Made by a program: the position numbers and the translations under genes. 64,000 nt of DNA, taken from positions 140,864,001 to 140,928,000 of the forward strand of contig OX597815.1 in NCBI GenBank assembly GCA_951406725.2, read 5' to 3'. The DNA comes from Octopus vulgaris (lineage: Eukaryota). This document shows, one piece after another, positions 56,549 through 64,000 of this stretch; position 1 is the stretch's first letter, and every line of letters begins with the position of its first letter. The notes beneath the pieces were generated by a model, which was not told the DNA's origin, did no database searches, and worked only from the letters and a program-made list of their open reading frames with translations.

Positions 56549-57819
56549 TCATTGTAACCTAAATATATGTAATTTCAGTTATCTATTTGCGTTGTATTTT
56601 TTCCAACGTCTGATTTCATTTACCACTTCTTTTCGTTCACTTTCTTTTGATAAATAAATTCTTGTCGTGTTCTATCCAAATATATCTTACAAAACAATTC
56701 ACAGAATTTGAAAACTGAAGCTAAGCGTTGCAACTAGAAAATTGCTGTTTGAAAAATTTAGATCATAAACTTAGGGAGATTTCTCTTGTGTAGCTTAGAA
56801 CGAACGTTGTTGTAACAAGAGATAAAGATCTTCCAGAATGAACTATGGAAGAGAAAGAGAAAAACTTGTATAAATGTAAACTTCTGAGAAGTGTTAGTTA
56901 AAATGAAATGGAATTTAATGTAAGAATCATATTGAAGTTACGTATTACAATTAATCGTCAAGCCCCTTAATATACACAATTGTATTTGTGTGAAAACTAA
57001 AACAACAGTTCTAAAACTAAATTCTTTATTTAATCATTTATTATGAAATTGGTATTCGCGTGTAAAATGTTTTCTCATGGCGAATGAAAGAAATGGAATA
57101 ATATAAATATTCAATTTGGTGAGCTATTTTTGAAGGATACCTATTTACTTAGAATTGTCTTTTGAGAAGTTGATATATCTATTGGACAAATATTTTATCG
57201 ATAAATAAAAATTTAAAAGATAACTAGAATTCAATGAGTTTAACTACATTTATCACAGGAATATCCACATTCTTTATTGAAAATATTTTTCACATTAATG
57301 TGAAATATTCACATTAATTTATTTCAATGAAAATTGAAACGGAAATAAAAATTTTACTTGAAAGGATCAACTTTATAATAAATCAACAATTTCAGAAAAC
57401 TTTAGCATGAGGGTGAGAAAACTTTTAATATTTCAATCAAGCGTAATATAATATGAACACATTAAGAAAAAATATTAAATATACAGAATTAAATTCTGAT
57501 TTATATCTATTGAGACAGCGTAATCAAATGGTTTCAAACACAGGCACTATGGCACAAATTTTGATGAGTAGTTTAATCGTAAATGGTAGCTTATTTTTTT
57601 GAAATGATGACGTACAAAGTTGAATTCGACGAAATTTGAACCCAGCATTTTGTGACATGCATTTTATCAGAAGCATTAACAAAACTCAAGGTTGTACATA
57701 GAGCGTAAAAGACCTAAATATTGGTTGTCAGACATATTCGTCCACTTTTCACATCTGTTTGAATAGATTTTCGTGAATAATTTTAGCAAAACAGTTTAAG
57801 AAAGTATTCTCCTTCCCTA

Positions 57820-58070
57820 TTCACGACTTCTTGTCAACATTTTACTAGCTTTTCAATGACTGGGCGGTAGAAATCGTTGGCTCTTGACTCGAAAAATCCG
57901 TAGAGCAACGATTTAATCTTTGCATCGTTGTTGAATGCCTTGCAGATGTTGTTGAGCGACCGAAAAAGTTAATAATCTGAGGCAATACATCAGGAGAATA
58001 CGGTGCGTGCAGCAAAACTTCACATCCGAACTCTTAAATAATAGTTTCGGTTCAACTGGAGATGTGGGGC
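57820..58070 (-). mobile_element. Mariner transposase remnant
   Basis: Minus strand LLHAPYSPD motif at about 57989-58015 and LFRSLNN. Confidence 0.7.
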
Positions 58071-59818
58071 GAGTGTTGCTGTGAAGGAGTATCCGTGTAA
58101 CCGGTCGGGTGGCTTCATTTGGATAGCCCTTCTAATGAAGGTGATCGGCAACAAACCATCAGAGATTCCACCTGCTGGGTCAATGCTCTCGCAGACTGGC
58201 GTGTAGCCTTGTGCGCCAGCACATGTAATTGTTTCTCAGAAAAACCATTTCTGTGCGCCCCGTTCAGTAATAATTGTACATTATAGATGTCACACATTAT
58301 ATACGGTAACTCCGAAACACCAAACACGCATATAGATTGACCTAATAAGGAAAGTATCACGTTGTTAAATAAACTCGTTCATTTCTTGGCAATTGACGAG
58401 AAAAAATATTTCTATTGTAGCGATTTATGTGTTTTTATTGTAGCTTTATTCTTTGTCTGCAATTTTTATTTTTTGAAATAACATATTTTAACTCTTTTCA
58501 GACATTCCACAATGATGTACCAAACAGAAAAAATATGTGGCTTCTTTATACCTATTTCTTTATGTTTAACCAAGGTTCAAAACTGCCAAAGCTGCTCGAG
58601 TGGAGACTTTTGGGCTTCATGTGGAGAAGGCGATATTACTGAAAGAATTGTGGAGATGTTCTCAAGCTTGAACGAGAAGAATTTCCAACCATAGACTCTT
58701 CGTGTTCTAGCCGATATGCTTAGTCAATGAGGATTGATTAAACGAGCTCATCCACTAGGATCCACTTCAGTCAACTAAAGAATAATTTAACAGATTGTAT
58801 GCTTTCGTGACACTGTTGCTCGGCACCTTCACTCGATGGGTAAGGGCCAAAATCTCGGTGTATAGGTCCTGAACGCTCTAAACTAAACTGACAATTTTCA
58901 GTGGCCCTATATCACCACCCGTTTGCTCGCTGATGTCCTAGCTATTTGTGCACTCAGTGATTTCTTTATAGCGATGAAAATTATAAACATCAGGTGGGAA
59001 AAAGAAAGTCTGAGTCCTTAAAAACAAGCAATACCTCAAACTAATGATCTACGTTTGATGGTAACAGCTAATCCAATAAAAATCATCCTGGAAAAAAATA
59101 CGACATTGTCAATGAAGAGTTTTCCTTTCGGTAAAATCACCGGTTCAGTGAGATGATCCAGTGGAAAGAATTCGACCAGATCTCTGCTTAGTGAGTCCGA
59201 ATGCAAATTCAATTTTGCATTTCAATGCTTCGGGGTCTAGTAGTACTAACCATGTATTGGTTTCGATTATTCTTTTTCTATTCATTTCATTGCTCGTAAT
59301 CTGTCTCGCCTACTATACAAATCCGTTGTCGACCAGTCTAAAAATACCGATGGCACAAGGTATGCCAAGAGGGTGACATCAAGAAGTTGAGAGACCAGGG
59401 TGATGGCACCAAAGTCTGGAAGCTAGTTTTCTACATTTCAAAATTTTCACCTTCACTTCTGATGCTTCTTAAAAAAGCTACAGTCAATAAATTTCAAAAT
59501 GTGCAAAGCATTTTGAACTGACCTCATTCAATAAAACAATTTGCACAAAGTCAAAGACAAATAAGAAAATTTAATTATTAACTAAAATTTACTTGGCAGT
59601 GTTAGCATTCAGTCAGTTTGACAGCTTCAATAATTTGCACTATTTTTTACTGTAAGCGATGAGCTAGAAAACTGTTAAACCATTAATGTGTGCAAAAAGA
59701 AAGTATTGACTGGAGGTAAAAAAATAAGATTGCTTAATTTCCCTTTTTTGCTCTTTTCTGTAATCTCCCCACTTTCTTTATACCTATCTCTCTGTCTGTC
59801 TGTCTATCTATCTGTCTG

Positions 59819-59916
<98 letters not shown>

Positions 59917-59945
59917 GATCTATCTATCTCTCTCTCTATCTATCT

Positions 59946-60726
59946 GAGTGGGACGAGTCGGTTTATCAGCTGAGTCTATCGTCAATATTGTCACGCCTCC
60001 TTCCTTCAAACGGGAAGGAAGAGCTATTTTCATCATCCTTGTGGCTATGGCGAAAGAATGTATCTGGTGGACGCGTCTGAAAGGATTGGAGACAAACACT
60101 TTCCTCTCTGATCAATCTCTCATCAACTTCTTCAAGTACCACTTGAAAAGGAAAGTGAGAGTAGAGAGGCAAGTTTTGTCTAGCGAATGTTTTAAAAAAA
60201 GATGGGTGAATGTAGCAAGGATGGCACGTATGAATGACGAAGCCACCTTGAGCATAATCCTATGAACCCAGAAATTGAAAACAGAGGGTTACCCACTTGC
60301 AAACAAATGTGGTAACATATAACAATATTGACCAAGGTTACCGTAGTCTTTTTCGTAGGCTTTTCTTCCCACGGATAAACCTTACCTGCTTTCCCCTTTA
60401 CACCATATATCATAACACTGTGATACACGATCCCTATTGATCGTTTTTTTTCCTCTTTCCCTTTTTTTCCCCTTTTTTCTTCTTTTTTCATTTCTCTTTC
60501 TTTTGTTCCTTTTCCATTTCTTTTTTTTATTTTTCGTTTTTATTTTTTATTTTATTTACTTTTTTTGTTCTTTTCTTCCCTTTTACGATCCCCCTTGATC
60601 GAAAACCTACGCCAACCCCCTTTTTTTGTTTCTTTTGTTTTTTGTTTTTTTCATCCCCCAAAAGAAAAGCTCTACCTTGTAACTTGTCCCATCTGTGTGC
60701 AGCCCTGTGTGGCCAATAAAGAAACT
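59946..60726 (+). mobile_element. 5'-truncated Tx1/L1-type LINE (ORF2 C-terminus, T-rich 3' UTR, AATAAA) inside (TATC)n
   Basis: Open frame 59948..60265 (AMAKECIWWTR...FKKRW), typical of the Tx1 ORF2 end; AATAAA at 60715; (TATC)n on both sides. Confidence 0.8.
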
Positions 60727-62223
60727 TATCTATCTATCTATCTATCTAAGACATTAATGTGACAGAAAAATAAATAATTGCTATGAACTTCATTAAGTTA
60801 CAGCTATTTCTGCTACAAGATACGATGCACTTATAGTTGATTACTTGAGGATCACCCTATAACTTACTTGGAGCTTCAAACCTGAAGTATATTGAGTTCC
60901 GTTATTAGCGGCGCAATGCCCAAGCGAAATATTTGTAAGGATAATTTTCCCAATGTTTTATAAATTTAGAATTAAAGAACTAATGCAATACCCAAGACTT
61001 GTTTTAGGGTGAATAACAGATAGTGTGCCTGAAGAGCACTTCACCACTTATGGCTATCAGGCGTCATCAGCATTATGTCCGGAATTCTGGTGTGTGCGTA
61101 GGGTATATTCTGTATCAATCTTTTAGAATATATATTTGAAATCGGTCCTAAAGTTAAGCTGATATGCCTATGTAAATCGGACCTTAGAAAACTTAGTAAA
61201 ATAATTATAGATAAGTATACATACTCTCTAAAAACCAAAATTAAATTTAGCCTATTGTCAAGAACACAAGATGCAATTAATTGGTTTACAAAGATTCGAG
61301 ACAAAAAAAAATACAAATTTATCCAAATAGACATTAACGATTATTACCAATCTATTAACCCAATTTCATTAAATAAGCCATTCATATTTCCTAAGAATAG
61401 AAAAAACTTACCCATGAAAGAAATTAAAATCATACTCGCAGCTAGAAAAACTGATATCCCACGAAAACAGATATTCTGCAAGAATAGTACACCAGATTAT
61501 TTCGATATAGCAATGGGTGCACAGGATTCCGCAGAGGTAACCGACATAGTCGGTATCTATCTACTATATAAATTTATGGAGGAATTTCCTGAATTAGAAG
61601 GTGGATTATACAGAGACGATGCCCTATTCTTAGTAACGAACAATACAAAGAGAAAATTGGAAAATTACAAGAAGAGACTTCATGCATTTTTTTAAGAACC
61701 AAGGACTATCGATACCAATTGAAAAACATAATATATCTGTGAACATTCTTGTGTTTAGCGTTAACTTTAACACAAGTCTTTACCAACCTTATCAAAAACC
61801 TAGCGCGAACATTAGATATATAAACACAGAAACCATCCACATAATATTATAGAAAACCTTTGTACAAATATAGAGAGAAAAATCAATTACCTATCTTTAA
61901 ACTAAGACGTATTTAATAAACACAATAATTATTACTTAAGAAGGTAGGATATAAGTATGAAATTAAGTACAATAGGAATTGCGAAGCCACTGAAGATCAT
62001 ATTGAAAATAAATACAAAAATAATAATGATAAAACTAGAAACTCAGATACTCACAAAGTAGAAATGAAAAGTCTCAATAACAAACATAAATATTACAAAC
62101 ATTAAACGAGGCAATTATAATAAAGAAGTAAACTAAAACATGAGAAACATAATATCAAAAATGAAATTTAAAATAAAAACAAGCATCATAACAATTCTCC
62201 TTCTTCTTCTTCTTCTTCTTCTT

Positions 62224-62511
<288 letters not shown>

Positions 62512-62903
62512 TTTATTTTGTTTGACTTTTGCTTTATATTTGTACAGGTTGGCTGCAAGTCTCACCCAGAGACCTCAAGAGACAACAAGTTGGAAGTTCA
62601 TGTTGTTGTTATGCCTAGAGTGCCATATATTTGGATTTTTTTGTGTTGTACTAGTGAATGTCTAAAGAATGTTTGTTTTAAACCTTGAGATTACGTAGAA
62701 AGTATTTTGCGTAGGATATGAGCAGTTCCCATGTGTACTATCTTTTGAATTTCTGCCATTTTTGGATTTCCTGGTATCTGAGTTAGGTACCAATCAGCCC
62801 CTTTCGTTATCATTCCCAGGGTACCTATGACAACAGGTATTGTTTTAGTCTTCAGGTTCCACATTTTGCTGATTTCTATTTCAAGATCTTTATATTTGCT
62901 CAG

Positions 62904-62905
<2 letters not shown>
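62512..62905 (-). mobile_element. Dong/R4 LINE 3' fragment in (TTA)n
   Basis: Minus strand LSKYKDLEIEISKMWNLKTKTIPVVIGTLG...IQKIVHMGTAHILRKILS plus 3' UTR. Confidence 0.88.
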
Positions 62906-62966
<61 letters not shown>

Positions 62967-63065
62967 GTTATTTTTTTTTCTTCTTCTTTCAAATTTACTT
63001 TCATTTCTTGCCGGGCGTCTTCCCGACTCCTAGGGCAAAGAAACTCATAGTATACATTGGTAGGC

Positions 63066-63161
<96 letters not shown>

Positions 63162-64000
63162 CATTTTTTTATAACACAAATGTCAACAAACCCCAAAGTA
63201 ATACTTGGGTAAATAACGACTATTACAAACTTAAAATAAAGATAAGAATGAAATCATAATGTGAAGAAAAGCGAAAAATATGAATAGCCCGATCTCGATT
63301 ATTAACAATAAGAATAACAATAATTATACGAATAATAATAAAAGTAATAATGATAATAAAAATATAGTTAGACAGAACATTTTATTAAATCTAATAGAAT
63401 GATTATTAATAAAAGATTTATAAACACAAGATATGCAAAATTATTTAATAAAAAACGTGAGATGTGAATTTTCATTTTCTCCCAACTGTTTTAAGATATA
63501 TTCACTTAATAATAGAAATCTTCATTTATTCTATGAAAATTTAAAAATATAAATTGATACTAAAGCACACTAAAATACAAAAGTTTAACTTAATGGAACA
63601 AATAACAATGTAAACATCCCTACTGACAATATCTTATATAAATTAACAAAGGTGAATAATAGCATACCATTACCTACACATAATAACTGTAATTGTAGAG
63701 ACCCAAATACATGCAAATTAGACAGGGACTATAAAAGAAAAAATGTAGTATACCAAGAAAAATTATAACATAGGATTCGAAAAAATACCATTATACCGGA
63801 TCGACAGAAAATTGGATTAAATTCCGAATAGCGAACCCCGAATCGACATTCAGGGTCCAAAACAAAATGAACTGTGCCGGACTCTCAAAAAGAATATGGC
63901 ACCAAAAAAAGAAAGAAAAGAAAAAAATACAAAGTGAACTTCATAATCAAATGAAACATCTTAGCACGTTACAAAATTAACAATAAATTCCGTAGATTAT

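Noticed and set aside
57288-57320. Palindrome tttcacattaatgtgaaa with partial repeat
   Set aside because: Short AT-rich palindrome, likely a chance or repair product

Overview
AT-rich eukaryotic, repeat-dominated non-genic DNA. The SINE families, the Dong/R4, Tx1 and Penelope content and the microsatellite load point to an octopus (coleoid cephalopod) genome; this is an inference. I can support no host protein-coding exon. Most ORFs in the track are microsatellite translations or decayed transposon frames. Contents: (i) about eight decayed Penelope-like elements (PLEs) of several clades, some with inverted pseudo-LTRs; (ii) a series of type I hammerhead ribozyme (HHR) motifs with palindromic stem III, including an intact-core pair in a perfect 112-bp inverted repeat (41410-41740) and one with a long hairpin stem II (15984-16103); (iii) a PLE terminal unit made of a tRNA-like Pol III head, a trinucleotide tract and an HHR (two copies); (iv) Tx1/L1-type and Dong/R4-type LINE fragments embedded in specific microsatellites; (v) an ORF1-only (CCHC knuckle) retroelement; (vi) a head-to-tail pair of non-autonomous Helitrons that captured a LINE 5' end and a piece of local flank; (vii) tRNA-derived SINEs and mariner/hAT remnants. 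Boundaries of decayed elements are approximate.
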